A stretch of 64,000 bases of DNA from contig DASCMS010000088.1 in assembly GCA_036011085.1 (NCBI GenBank), forward strand, positions 1,855 through 65,854, given 5' to 3'. Made by a program: the position numbers and the translations under genes. The stretch is from Candidatus Latescibacterota bacterium (GTDB taxonomy: Bacteria; Latescibacterota; UBA2968; UBA8231). This document shows positions 10,566 through 19,417 of this stretch, piece by piece; position 1 is the stretch's first letter; each line of letters starts with the position of its first letter. The notes beneath the pieces were generated by a model. That model worked only from the letters and a program-made list of their open reading frames with translations. It made no database searches and had not been told where the DNA came from.

Positions 10566-12235
10566 CAGGTGCCCCCCGTCCGGGTCGACCACAGCAGAAT
10601 CGCGATGGTACCGACGGCGGCGGCCATGGCCCAGCCGGACCGGCCGTCATGGAGCCGCGCCAGCAGCCAGCCGGTGGCGCGCAGCGTCAGGCCGACGGCG
10701 CCGGGCACGCCGCCGAAGAGGGTGCTGTCGATCGCCGTCCAACAGAAGCGTCCCGTAGCCTGCAGGGCGACGCCGCACGCGGTGAGGACTCGAGAGACCC
10801 CGAAGCCTTCATCTGCCCACGATCGCGCCGGCGACGGCACGGCCTCGCGACCGGAAGGACCGTTGCGCCACAGCAGGAACCCGGCCAGAACTGCGATCGC
10901 TGCCGCCCCGGCGGCAATCGCGACGGTCAGCGTCGCCGGTGGCGGCAAGGCAGACCAGCCGACAGCTGCCGACCCCAGGGCCACGAGCACGAGCACCGCA
11001 AGGGTGGTCCGGATGGAAACGGCAGCGTCGGCTGCCGTACTCGTCGTCGTATGCCGAACGGGCCCCGAGTAGGGTACCAGCGCCAGCCGCAGCAGCGGCA
11101 GGACCGGCAGCACGAGCAGTGATACCACAAGGACGGCACCGGGCGGCCCCGCCTCGATCATCCCGTGGCCGGCCAGGGCTGCGTGCGCCCGCAGGGAAGG
11201 CCCCGAGAAGCAGGCGACGATGGCACCTGCCAGCGTCAACCAGCGTGGCCAGGGGAGCACGGCGGCAAGACCGCCGAGCTCGGTGAAGCGTCGCGGGATC
11301 GCGGGCAGGGCGGATTCGATCCGAGCCAGAGCCATCGCCGGTGCCAGCTGGGCGGCGCCGTAGGCAGCCACCAGCATCAGCGCCGCCATCGGCACCAGCG
11401 TCGCCGCCGCCAGCACCAGGCTTCCCTGGGCGGCCATCGTCATCACCTGGGCGCGGAACAGATCCTGCGTCGACAGACTCGAGACCACCGAAATCATCGA
11501 AGACAGGGCAAAGATGACGGCCACGGCAGCCGGCAGCGGCTCGGCGAAACGCAGGAACAGACAGAGCCCGACCACCGCCGCCACGAGGCGGATGCCGGTG
11601 GCTGAACCACTGTCTCCCAGATCCTCGAGCCACGAATGGCAGGGCCAGGCACCGACGAGGATGGCGGCGGCCAACATGGCCAGCCAGGGCGCGGCCCCGG
11701 CGTCGGCAAAGACCAGCGTACCGACCAGTGCCATGCCGCCCAGTCGCGTGGCGGCAAGCAGACGCCGCGCCGCCGGCGTGGTCGCCGACCCGCAGGCGCC
11801 ATGGACGAAGGTGGCAGCCAGCAACAGCTCTGTTCCCGCCAGCGACAGCAGCGCGCCATCGGCGATGATGACGATGCCGCCCCCGACGGCGGCCAGGTCC
11901 AATGCCGCCCCTGTCCGGCCATCCTGCCGGCCGGTCACCAGCGGCGCTGCCACCGTCCACAGACTCAACAGAACCAGCAGGGCGGCGGCTGAACCGTCAC
12001 AGAACAGACCGGCATCGACCGCTCTCTCCCCTGGCTCGGTCAGGGTCAGCCAGTGATACAGAGGCAGGCGCAACGGACCAGAGTCCAGCACGACCCAGGC
12101 GGTGGCCAGGGCTGCGGCGGCAGCGATCCCGCGCGCCACGTGCGCTCCCGTGCGACGCCCGGTGAGATCGGCCACGGCTGCCGCCAGCAGCAGAGCCGGC
12201 GTCAGGGCCGGCAGCACCGAAAGCTCGCTTACCAC
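10562..12235 (-). CDS. nuoL: NuoL-like antiporter-type subunit (divergent, about 557 aa)
   Basis: ORF 10562..12538 trimmed to the GTG at 12235 (VVSELSVLPAL...), a 7-nt overlap with the NuoK-like stop. Multi-TM, with motif WPCHSWLEDLGDSGSATG. Follows the K-like gene as in nuo operons. Confidence 0.65.
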   Translation of the reverse strand: MVSELSVLPALTPALLLAAAVADLTGRRTGAHVARGIAAAAALATAWVVLDSGPLRLPLYHWLTLTEPGERAVDAGLFCDGSAAALLVLLSLWTVAAPLVTGRQDGRTGAALDLAAVGGGIVIIADGALLSLAGTELLLAATFVHGACGSATTPAARRLLAATRLGGMALVGTLVFADAGAAPWLAMLAAAILVGAWPCHSWLEDLGDSGSATGIRLVAAVVGLCLFLRFAEPLPAAVAVIFALSSMISVVSSLSTQDLFRAQVMTMAAQGSLVLAAATLVPMAALMLVAAYGAAQLAPAMALARIESALPAIPRRFTELGGLAAVLPWPRWLTLAGAIVACFSGPSLRAHAALAGHGMIEAGPPGAVLVVSLLVLPVLPLLRLALVPYSGPVRHTTTSTAADAAVSIRTTLAVLVLVALGSAAVGWSALPPPATLTVAIAAGAAAIAVLAGFLLWRNGPSGREAVPSPARSWADEGFGVSRVLTACGVALQATGRFCWTAIDSTLFGGVPGAVGLTLRATGWLLARLHDGRSGWAMAAAVGTIAILLWSTRTGGTW

Positions 12236-12513
12236 TTCAGCGGGTCGCCGTCGTCGTCGGCCAGGATCTCGTCGCCGCCGGCCTCCTGCAGGGTGGTGAC
12301 GAGCAGCCCATGCAGGACCGTGAGGCCCACTGCCAGAGCCGCAAACCACTCTCCCGCGGGGCCTACCAGGGCCAGGATGGCAACCAGCGCTCCGAGGCCG
12401 CCCAGCTGGCCGCCGATGACGGATGCCAGTCGATGGCGACGCGCGAAGGCGGCGCCCAGACCGAGGCCGATCAGGGACGCGGCGAGGATCAGCATCAGGC
12501 CCTGAGGCGTCAT
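12229..12513 (-). CDS. nuoK: NuoK-like 3-TM subunit (divergent)
   Basis: Trimmed to the ATG at 12513 (MTPQGLMLILAASLIGLGLGAAFARRHRLASVIGGQLGG...), an ATGA overlap with the J-like stop. The pattern resembles NuoK (iGl.G...rRn.l..lm.iE), but with Q where the Glu is expected. Confidence 0.55.
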   Translation of the reverse strand: MTPQGLMLILAASLIGLGLGAAFARRHRLASVIGGQLGGLGALVAILALVGPAGEWFAALAVGLTVLHGLLVTTLQEAGGDEILADDDGDPLKW

Positions 12514-12965
12514 ATGTCCTGCCTGCCGACGCTGGCACGCCACACGGCGCTCAGTCCCAGAATGACGGCGAGGGCGGCAAGACCGGCTGCGGCCACCAGG
12601 AAAGGTCCATTCCCTGGGGGCGCTTCACCGGCGCCACCCATGCCGCCGGCCGTCGACGCCAGGCACACCACGAGCGTGACGGCCAGGGCTACGGCCAGGG
12701 CTACCGGCCACGCCAGACCGGTGCGCCCCGTGGCTACGTCATGCCTGCCGGCCAGACGGCCGCTGACGATGCCCAGCCCGCCGTAGGCGATCAGTATGGC
12801 GGCCGCGGACAGGGGGGCGGCGAAATGCAGCAGGGCCAGCGCCGCCACACACGCCGCCGTCAGTCCCAGAGCCAGGCAGGCGCGTGTCGCGGTGCCGGCC
12901 AGGGCAGCGACGACGGCGGCGGCGATGCCGGTGGCACCCAGAATGCCCGGCACGATCAGCTCCAT
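12510..12965 (-). CDS. nuoJ: NuoJ-like membrane subunit (divergent)
   Basis: Tail of ORF 12510..13628 from the ATG at 12965 (MELIVPGILGATGIAAAVVAALAG...). 151 aa, hydrophobic. The call rests mainly on its position between the H-like and K-like genes. Confidence 0.45.
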   Translation of the reverse strand: MELIVPGILGATGIAAAVVAALAGTATRACLALGLTAACVAALALLHFAAPLSAAAILIAYGGLGIVSGRLAGRHDVATGRTGLAWPVALAVALAVTLVVCLASTAGGMGGAGEAPPGNGPFLVAAAGLAALAVILGLSAVWRASVGRQDI

Positions 12966-13906
12966 GGAACACCCCCCGACACCCGCACGAGACTCCAGAG
13001 CACATCGATCCCGGCCAGCGGCAGCAGGCGCCGCCAGACCAGGCGGGACAGGCCGTCGGCGTCCGCCTTGGTGATGGCCGCCTGCAGCAGGAAAACGAGA
13101 GTGACCCAGAGCGTCACACCGGCCCAGATCGCGACGTCGGGCAGCTGGGTCACACCCGGTGCAAGACCCAGATAGAGGTGCACTGCCAACGCCGACGCCG
13201 CACCGATGAGCAGGGGTCGCGACAGCCGCAACAGCAAGACGCCAGCACCGGGGCCATCGATGAGGCCGGGATTGAGGCGACCGACGCCGGTACCCTCCAT
13301 GGCCTGACGGTAGGCGGCGGAGAGCGCGGCCAGGGCGCCGAGGAAGGCGAACCCGCCGCACGGATGGTGCCACAGAGGCCAGCTTCCCAGCACCCGGGTC
13401 TGGAAACCAGCCTCCGTGTCGCCCGCGACAATGCACGCAGCCACACACAGCACCAGGGTCACCTGGGTGCCGACGAGGGGAAGGATCACCGCCGCCAGCG
13501 GTTGCCGCCGTGCGGGTGTCACCGTCGTGGCCAGGGCGAACAGGGCAAAGGGCACCACCGCCAGCAGACCGGCGAGCCCGAGGAGGCGCTCGGTGGCCGT
13601 GGCGGTCACCGGGAGGCCGCCAAGCCAACCTCCCGCCGGCAGTCCCCCGACGAGTAGTACCGTGGGAACCAGTACGACGCCGACGCCGACGGCATATCGT
13701 GGACCTCGCGCCGGTGTCGACTTCGACAGCAGCCTCAGGACGTCGGCGAGGATCGCCGTTCCCAACAGCACTCCGCGGCGGCGACGCAACCCGAGGGCAC
13801 GGCGCGTGAACAGCGACTCGATCGTCGCCGTCAGCAACGCCAGCAACAGAGCGCCAGCGAATCCGGTGAAGATGATCTGCAGCTGCTGTGGCGACGGCAT
13901 CGTCAT
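12956..13906 (-). CDS. nuoH: NuoH-like membrane subunit (divergent)
   Basis: 316 aa, multi-TM. The N-terminal region IESLFTRRALGLRRRRGVLLGTAILADVLRLLSK resembles the NuoH ERK..a.mQ.R.GP...G.lQ..aD..Kl..K block. ATGA overlap with the NuoG stop. Confidence 0.55.
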   Translation of the reverse strand: MTMPSPQQLQIIFTGFAGALLLALLTATIESLFTRRALGLRRRRGVLLGTAILADVLRLLSKSTPARGPRYAVGVGVVLVPTVLLVGGLPAGGWLGGLPVTATATERLLGLAGLLAVVPFALFALATTVTPARRQPLAAVILPLVGTQVTLVLCVAACIVAGDTEAGFQTRVLGSWPLWHHPCGGFAFLGALAALSAAYRQAMEGTGVGRLNPGLIDGPGAGVLLLRLSRPLLIGAASALAVHLYLGLAPGVTQLPDVAIWAGVTLWVTLVFLLQAAITKADADGLSRLVWRRLLPLAGIDVLWSLVRVSGGVPWS

Positions 13907-15552
13907 CGTCGTTTGGCGTGGTCCTCGACAGCGATCAACCCGCGTCGCTGCAGATGGCTGGTCCAGCCGCCACCGAAGGCGACCCCTTCGACCGGACGGG
14001 AGCGGCTCTCCAGTACACCGTAGTCGAGCCGTGCAAAAGGCCCTTCGGCGGAGCTGCGCGCCAGCCGTGAAAACGCCTGATCCGGCGAATCACGGTTGGG
14101 ACCACCGTGCCAGAGGGCGGCGAAGATCCAGAAATCAGGCCGCGCTTCACCAGCGGGTCGAACCGCCGCGCGCACCCTCTGAAGGCGCCCCTGACCATCG
14201 ATGAAAGTACCGTCCTTCTCGGTCCAGGCACTGCCGCCGGCCAGCACGACGTCGGCAGCCTCGAGGCCGGGCAGGCACATCACCTCTTGCCGGGCATGGA
14301 ACACGTCCTCGGGCAGGCTGAGATCGGGGCCCTCGCCATGGAGCGACCCGCCCACGGCGTAGACTGCGTCCACATCGCCCGCAGCCACGCGCCTGGACAG
14401 GTCGGATGAATCCGCCAGCATGAGGTCGAGAACATCAACCACAGCGGTGACCCCGGCGACATTCGGCCCCCGTTGAGCCTTGATGCTGAAGCCGCCGGGG
14501 AACGTGCGATCGCCCCGTGGCTCTTCCGCCTGCCACAGGAACAGATCCGCCTCCCAGCGCAAGGCCAGGTTGGCCAGGAGAAAGGTCTCTTCGTTGGTCA
14601 GGTATGGACTCAACAACACGGCCGCCGCCTTGGCCTGCTCCATCCGCTCGGCCACGACGGCGAAGGCGGCGTCCCATTCGGACTCCTGCCCGTGCAGCCG
14701 GAGCGCCAGCAGGCGGTCATCCTCGATCTGCCAGCCGTAGCGTCCCGTGTCGCACAACCAGTATCCCTGGGCATCGTCGCCGTCGCTGCGCGGCTTCACC
14801 CGGTGCACGACACCATTGGCCACATCGATACGCGTGGCGCAGCCGCTGGCACATCCGGGACAGACGCTGCTGACGCCGGTCAGCTGCCAGGGAGGAGGAC
14901 GCATGCGCTCCCCCGGCTCGCTGAGGGCGCCGGCGGGACACAGGTCGAGCAGATTGCCCGTCAGTTCGTGATCGATGGGGCCGGCACCGCAGGTGTCGAT
15001 GACGGCGGCGGCGCCCGACCCGTACACGGCGAGTCCGGCGCCGCCGCTGACCTCGGCGTCGAAGCGCACACAGCGCGTGCACAGGATGCAACGGTTACGA
15101 TCGAGCACCAGGCGGGGTCCCAGCTCCACCCGCGGCCGGTCAGCGGGCAGGGTCGTCTTCGTCGTGCCGTCGCCGTGAGTGGCAGCCGCCTCCTGCACCT
15201 CGCACTCCCCTGCGCGCTCGCAGATGGCGCACTCGGCCGGGTGACGCAGCAGTAGATCGTCCACCAGGCCGCTGCGCGCCGCCGCTACCTGCTCCTGACG
15301 CACCGACAGACGTTGCCCCTCCTCGACAGTGCGGTTGCAGGCCGTGACCATCCTGGATTCGGCAGGCTGCCCCGGCCCGGAGGGCTCCGCCAGCGCCACG
15401 AGGCACAGACGACAGGAGGCCGGCGACGACAGGGCCGGATGATGGCACGGATGGGGCAGGGCGTGTCCCGCCTCGAGCAAAGCGGCGAGCAGGTTCGTAC
15501 CGGCTTCGACGTCGACTGGTTCGTCATCGATGTAGATTCGGACCGTCGCCAT
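13903..15552 (-). CDS. nuoG: NADH dehydrogenase 75-kDa-type subunit NuoG (short form, 549 aa)
   Basis: 2Fe-2S pattern PCHH...SCRLC...AC. N5 pattern HPAECAICERAGEC. N4 pattern CILCTRC...LCP. Additional CPGCASGC cluster. Followed by a molybdopterin-like domain remnant. Confidence 0.85.
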   Translation of the reverse strand: MATVRIYIDDEPVDVEAGTNLLAALLEAGHALPHPCHHPALSSPASCRLCLVALAEPSGPGQPAESRMVTACNRTVEEGQRLSVRQEQVAAARSGLVDDLLLRHPAECAICERAGECEVQEAAATHGDGTTKTTLPADRPRVELGPRLVLDRNRCILCTRCVRFDAEVSGGAGLAVYGSGAAAVIDTCGAGPIDHELTGNLLDLCPAGALSEPGERMRPPPWQLTGVSSVCPGCASGCATRIDVANGVVHRVKPRSDGDDAQGYWLCDTGRYGWQIEDDRLLALRLHGQESEWDAAFAVVAERMEQAKAAAVLLSPYLTNEETFLLANLALRWEADLFLWQAEEPRGDRTFPGGFSIKAQRGPNVAGVTAVVDVLDLMLADSSDLSRRVAAGDVDAVYAVGGSLHGEGPDLSLPEDVFHARQEVMCLPGLEAADVVLAGGSAWTEKDGTFIDGQGRLQRVRAAVRPAGEARPDFWIFAALWHGGPNRDSPDQAFSRLARSSAEGPFARLDYGVLESRSRPVEGVAFGGGWTSHLQRRGLIAVEDHAKRR

Positions 15553-16847
15553 CAGTAGCGCACGTGGATGCTGTCAGGAACCTTCATCGACGAATCCTTG
15601 GCCACCGGGCAACCACCCTCGAGGTGGGCTTCGAACTCGTCGGTGAATGCGGTGAGCAGCGACTGTATGCCGCGCGCCGCTGCCGGGCCGTGACCACACA
15701 GTGCCAAGTCCGGCGTCAGCGTCGTGCAGCATCGCGTGATCAGCTCCAGGTCCTGGAGGATCGCGGCCCCCTCCTCCAGCCGGTCGAGGGTTGCGGCGAG
15801 CCATTGGGTCCCCTCCCGGCAGGGCAGACACTTGCCGCAGGCGCTGTCGGCGAAGGTTCGCGCCATCCGTCTCGCCGTATCCACGGCGCAGACCGAATCA
15901 TCGGCCACCAGGACCACGCCGCCGCCGAAGACTCCTGGGTTCTTCCCTCCTGCCGGGTCTGACCAGCAACCGGGATCGAGGGGACGGTCGAGATCCTCTT
16001 CGAGCAGGGCGGGAGCCGAGCCGTACCCCGCGTGCAGAACGAACTTGATCGACTGACCGTCGCGGGCCCCGCCCGCGAGGTCCTCGACGAGATCGCGAAC
16101 CGTGCCGCCGCCGAGTTCCACCTCGTAGAGCCCCGGACGACGAACCAGACCGCTGACACAGAAGGCCTGGGTCCCGGGCGCCCAGCGGCTGCCCTCATTG
16201 CCGAAGACATCGCCGCCCGTGGCCAGCAGCGCTGGCAGGTACCCCAGGGTGGAAGCGGTGTGCACCACGGCGGTCCCGTCGAACAGGCGAGGCAGGCTCG
16301 GGTTGCCGTCGTCGGCCCGCGGCTCGGCCCGGCCGCCCTGAACCAGCGCCACCGGCAGGCTGTCCCCGGAGGCGACAGGCAAGCGGCCCGAAACAGGATG
16401 GAGATGTACGGCCACCGGCTCGATACGCGTCTCTTCCAGAGCCTGCGCCAGAGCCTGGCGAGCCCTGAGTGCGGCCGCCGCAATACAGATGTAAACCGTA
16501 TGGGCGCCGACGGCATGAGCCGCGATGCGGGCCCCCTCCAGGATTCGGTGAGGGGTGCGCTCGGCGAGTTTACGGTCGCGGAAACGACCGGGCTCGGACT
16601 CCAGCAGATCGACGATGAGATACCCGGCTCCGCCCCCTGACGCAGCCAGGCGCCAGCGCTCGCCAACGGGTCGCCAGGCACCACCACGCCCGCGCAGCCC
16701 GGCGGCCCCCACTTCGTCGATGACAGTGGCCGGCGGCAACGACTGAGCCCGTCGCAGCCCCTCGCCTCCGCCGTGCTCGCCGTACACCGGCCACCTGTCG
16801 ATGTCCGGCGTATCGATCCCTTCAAACAGAATGCGGCGTTCCTCCAT
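15552..16847 (-). CDS. nuoF: NADH dehydrogenase 51-kDa-type subunit NuoF (divergent)
   Basis: ORF trimmed to the ATG at 16847 (MEERRILFEG...). Motifs GLRGRGGAWRPVGERW, YLIVDLLESEPGRFRDR, and N3 cluster SACGKCLPCREG...LCGHG. Confidence 0.8.
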   Translation of the reverse strand: MEERRILFEGIDTPDIDRWPVYGEHGGGEGLRRAQSLPPATVIDEVGAAGLRGRGGAWRPVGERWRLAASGGGAGYLIVDLLESEPGRFRDRKLAERTPHRILEGARIAAHAVGAHTVYICIAAAALRARQALAQALEETRIEPVAVHLHPVSGRLPVASGDSLPVALVQGGRAEPRADDGNPSLPRLFDGTAVVHTASTLGYLPALLATGGDVFGNEGSRWAPGTQAFCVSGLVRRPGLYEVELGGGTVRDLVEDLAGGARDGQSIKFVLHAGYGSAPALLEEDLDRPLDPGCWSDPAGGKNPGVFGGGVVLVADDSVCAVDTARRMARTFADSACGKCLPCREGTQWLAATLDRLEEGAAILQDLELITRCCTTLTPDLALCGHGPAAARGIQSLLTAFTDEFEAHLEGGCPVAKDSSMKVPDSIHVRY

Positions 16848-17284
16848 CAGTCGACATCTCCGGCACGATCCCCGGCCACCAGTGAGTCGAGCCGTTCCGG
16901 GGTGAGGCCGTCGTACAGTCGGCCGTTGCGGGCCATGACGGGGGCTGCGGCGCAGGCGCCGAGACAGTCCGACGTGACCACGCGCACGCCGGGCAGACCG
17001 GCGAGACGTTGACAGGCTGCCTCTCCACCCATCCAGCCACAGCTGAGCCCCATGCACACGGTGACCACGTCGCCGTCATCGGTGTTTCCGTGCCGCGACG
17101 ATGCGATCCCGTGTACCGCCGCCAGGGGCAGACCGGTGTGGCCGCCGACCCAGCGCGCCGCGGCCTCATCCCAGGTGCGCCCGCTGCCGAGCACCAGGTC
17201 CACCAGCGGGTATAGCGCCCCCTCCGGGTCCGGGTATGCCGAGACCAGTGCCCGGGCGCGTTCGTCCAGATCGGCGAAGTCCAT
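16847..17284 (-). CDS. nuoE: NADH dehydrogenase 24-kDa-type subunit NuoE
   Basis: Trimmed to the ATG at 17284 (MDFADLDERARALVSAYP...). Thioredoxin-like 2Fe-2S ligands VCMGLSCGW...SDCLGACAAAP. Confidence 0.8.
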   Translation of the reverse strand: MDFADLDERARALVSAYPDPEGALYPLVDLVLGSGRTWDEAAARWVGGHTGLPLAAVHGIASSRHGNTDDGDVVTVCMGLSCGWMGGEAACQRLAGLPGVRVVTSDCLGACAAAPVMARNGRLYDGLTPERLDSLVAGDRAGDVD

Positions 17285-18774
17285 CACCGATCCATTTCCG
17301 GGGCGACGATGTTCATGCTTGCCACGACACCGGGGGCCTGATCCCACTCGGTGCCGGGGAGCAGATGCTCGAGTAGCTGAAAATGATACAGAGATGGGGA
17401 GCGGAGGTGTACGGCCGCTGGTTTGCCCGTGCCGTCGGCAGCCAGCCAGAACGCCAGTTCGCCATCAGCAGATTCCGTCGGCCGGTACACCGTACCGGGA
17501 TGCGGACGGTGACCGTGGCCATCCATCCACAGCTCGAAGTGGTCGATCAGCTCCGCCGCCTCCATGGGTGTGGTCAGCGCCCCGGGCCGCGATGGCCCCG
17601 CGGGGAGATCGCTCAGACACTGACGGCAGATGCCGAGGCTCTGGGGCATCTCCGCCAGGCGCACGGCGACCCGGTCGGCCACATCACCGTCGCTCGCCAC
17701 CGGCACGTCGAAGTCCACCTCCGAGTACTCGAGGTAGGGGGCGTCGCGACGGACATCGACAGCCGTACCCGTTGCCCGCAGCGCCGGGCCGGTGATGGCC
17801 CAGAGGCGAGCGGTGGAATCGTCGATGGCGGCGAGGCCGGCGAATCTGCGGCGCCAGTCGGCATCATCGATCAGCTGCCGCCGTGCTGCCGCACACAGAT
17901 CCTCCACGGCGTTGGCCAACGCCGTCAGCAGAGCCTGACTGTTGGTGGTTGCATCCGCTTCTACGCCGCCGACGCGAAGCACGCCTGTCGCCCAGCGACT
18001 GCCGCTGGCATCGACCAGGAGCCGGGCCGCCGCTTCGCGCGCTTCCAGGGCCTGGCCCCGCAGGGCCCCGTCGCTGCCCGCCTGCGCCGTCAGCCAGGCA
18101 CAGTGAGCGCCGATGCGGCTGACCTCCGCCAGTATCATGCGCACCCGCTGGCAGCGAGATGAAGTTGTCACGCCGAGCAGCTCTTCTGCCGCCAGGATCG
18201 CCGCCAGCCCTACGGCGAAGGGAGCCTGCTCGTTCAGGCCTTCGGCCAGCTGCGGCAGCTGTGCATACCCGTGGCGTGTGGCCAGAGCCTCAAAGTCACT
18301 GTGGGTCTTGCCGGGGATGGCCTGCGCCGCCTCGATGACCCGATGCTGCAGACGAACACGCAGATCCAGTCGCCAGGGCGTTGCCACGCCCGGATCGGGC
18401 AGGACGAGATAGCCGTCCGACTCCGCGCCGTCGTCGGCGCCGTCCTCCTCGTCGTGGGCGGCGCGCACCGCCGCCGTCCACAGCGGCGTCGGCGTCGGAT
18501 CGCCGGTGAACCGTACACCGATACGCTCCACCGCCTCCCGTTGCGGCCAGATGGCCGCAGGCCAGATGTTGCGCAACGACGGCATTTCGTCGGCCGCCGA
18601 CAGGACCAGCTGCGAACGACGGCCGGACTCGGAGCGCAGCTGCAGGACCGCCTCGACGTCGGAGCCCCGGCCGTGAGGGCGGCGTGCGTACCAATCCATG
18701 AGCTGGGCGGCGTCGGGGCCGCTCGACAGACGCCCGGCCTCGGCCAACAGATCGACGACAGCGGAGACCGTCAT
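17284..18774 (-). CDS. Fused NuoC-NuoD-like subunit (divergent)
   Basis: 496 aa. The N-terminal part has IWPAAIWPQREAVERIGVRFTGDP (NuoC-like W..A.W.ERE..d.fGi.F.GHP). The C-terminal part ends RSPSLYHFQLLEHLLPGTEWDQAPGVVASMNIVAPEMDR (NuoD-like R.PSF.N...L......D....GS.D.V.GE.DR). Confidence 0.75.
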   Translation of the reverse strand: MTVSAVVDLLAEAGRLSSGPDAAQLMDWYARRPHGRGSDVEAVLQLRSESGRRSQLVLSAADEMPSLRNIWPAAIWPQREAVERIGVRFTGDPTPTPLWTAAVRAAHDEEDGADDGAESDGYLVLPDPGVATPWRLDLRVRLQHRVIEAAQAIPGKTHSDFEALATRHGYAQLPQLAEGLNEQAPFAVGLAAILAAEELLGVTTSSRCQRVRMILAEVSRIGAHCAWLTAQAGSDGALRGQALEAREAAARLLVDASGSRWATGVLRVGGVEADATTNSQALLTALANAVEDLCAAARRQLIDDADWRRRFAGLAAIDDSTARLWAITGPALRATGTAVDVRRDAPYLEYSEVDFDVPVASDGDVADRVAVRLAEMPQSLGICRQCLSDLPAGPSRPGALTTPMEAAELIDHFELWMDGHGHRPHPGTVYRPTESADGELAFWLAADGTGKPAAVHLRSPSLYHFQLLEHLLPGTEWDQAPGVVASMNIVAPEMDR

Positions 18775-19118
18775 CCTCGGCGCCCTGGCCCGCTGCCGGC
18801 GTCGCGTCGACTGACATGCAGCAGGAGGATCAGTAAAACGACGAGAGGTACACCGACACCGACGAGGGCGGTGGCATCAGGTCGAGGTACGATGGCCCAT
18901 GCGGCCACCAGCAGAGAGAGGACCATGGCGACACCGGCCCATCCGGCGAGAGGGCTCTGGCCGGGAGGCTCCAGCCCTTCGGGTGAAACGCCACCATCTT
19001 CCGTGCGGACAACCCGGCCACCGCACAGCACACGGCCCAGCAGAGCCAGGGCTGCACCGAACAGGCACCACAGACTGAAATAGATGAGGATGGACAGGTA
19101 GGTGGTCAAGGGCCTCAC
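18771..19118 (-). CDS. Small 3-TM membrane protein in the NuoA position (NuoA-like, weak)
   Basis: ORF 18771..19250 trimmed to the GTG at 19118, because the upstream part overlaps nqrM. About 115 aa with three hydrophobic helices. ATGA overlap with the NuoCD start. Canonical NuoA motifs are not recognisable. Confidence 0.35.
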   Translation of the reverse strand: MRPLTTYLSILIYFSLWCLFGAALALLGRVLCGGRVVRTEDGGVSPEGLEPPGQSPLAGWAGVAMVLSLLVAAWAIVPRPDATALVGVGVPLVVLLILLLHVSRRDAGSGPGRRG

Positions 19119-19152
19119 CCCGAATGGGATACTCGGACGGGCTGCTTGAGAA

Positions 19153-19401
19153 CTAAACGGCTGTGGCCGGGGCTTCCTCGTCGACGGTTGCCCTGTTCTG
19201 GTCGAACCGGCGTTCCGGGTCGTTGCCACAGGACTCGCCGGCACGGGCACCGCACTCGCACATGGGTTCGCCGTCTTCGGTCTTCATGTTGGCCAACCCG
19301 CCACAGGACCCGGTGATACGACGGTTGCTGACGATGACGCCGACGGCCATACCGGTCATGACTACGCAGAAACCGACAAAGGCCGCCACAAAAAGGCTCA
19401 C
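19153..19401 (-). CDS. nqrM: (Na+)-NQR maturation protein NqrM
   Basis: 82 aa. One TM helix followed by RITGSCGGLANMK...CECG...C, matching the NqrM/DUF539 GSCGG-Cys signature. Located directly downstream of nqrF. Confidence 0.8.
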   Translation of the reverse strand: MSLFVAAFVGFCVVMTGMAVGVIVSNRRITGSCGGLANMKTEDGEPMCECGARAGESCGNDPERRFDQNRATVDEEAPATAV

Positions 19402-19417
19402 CGGCAGTAGCCTCTCA

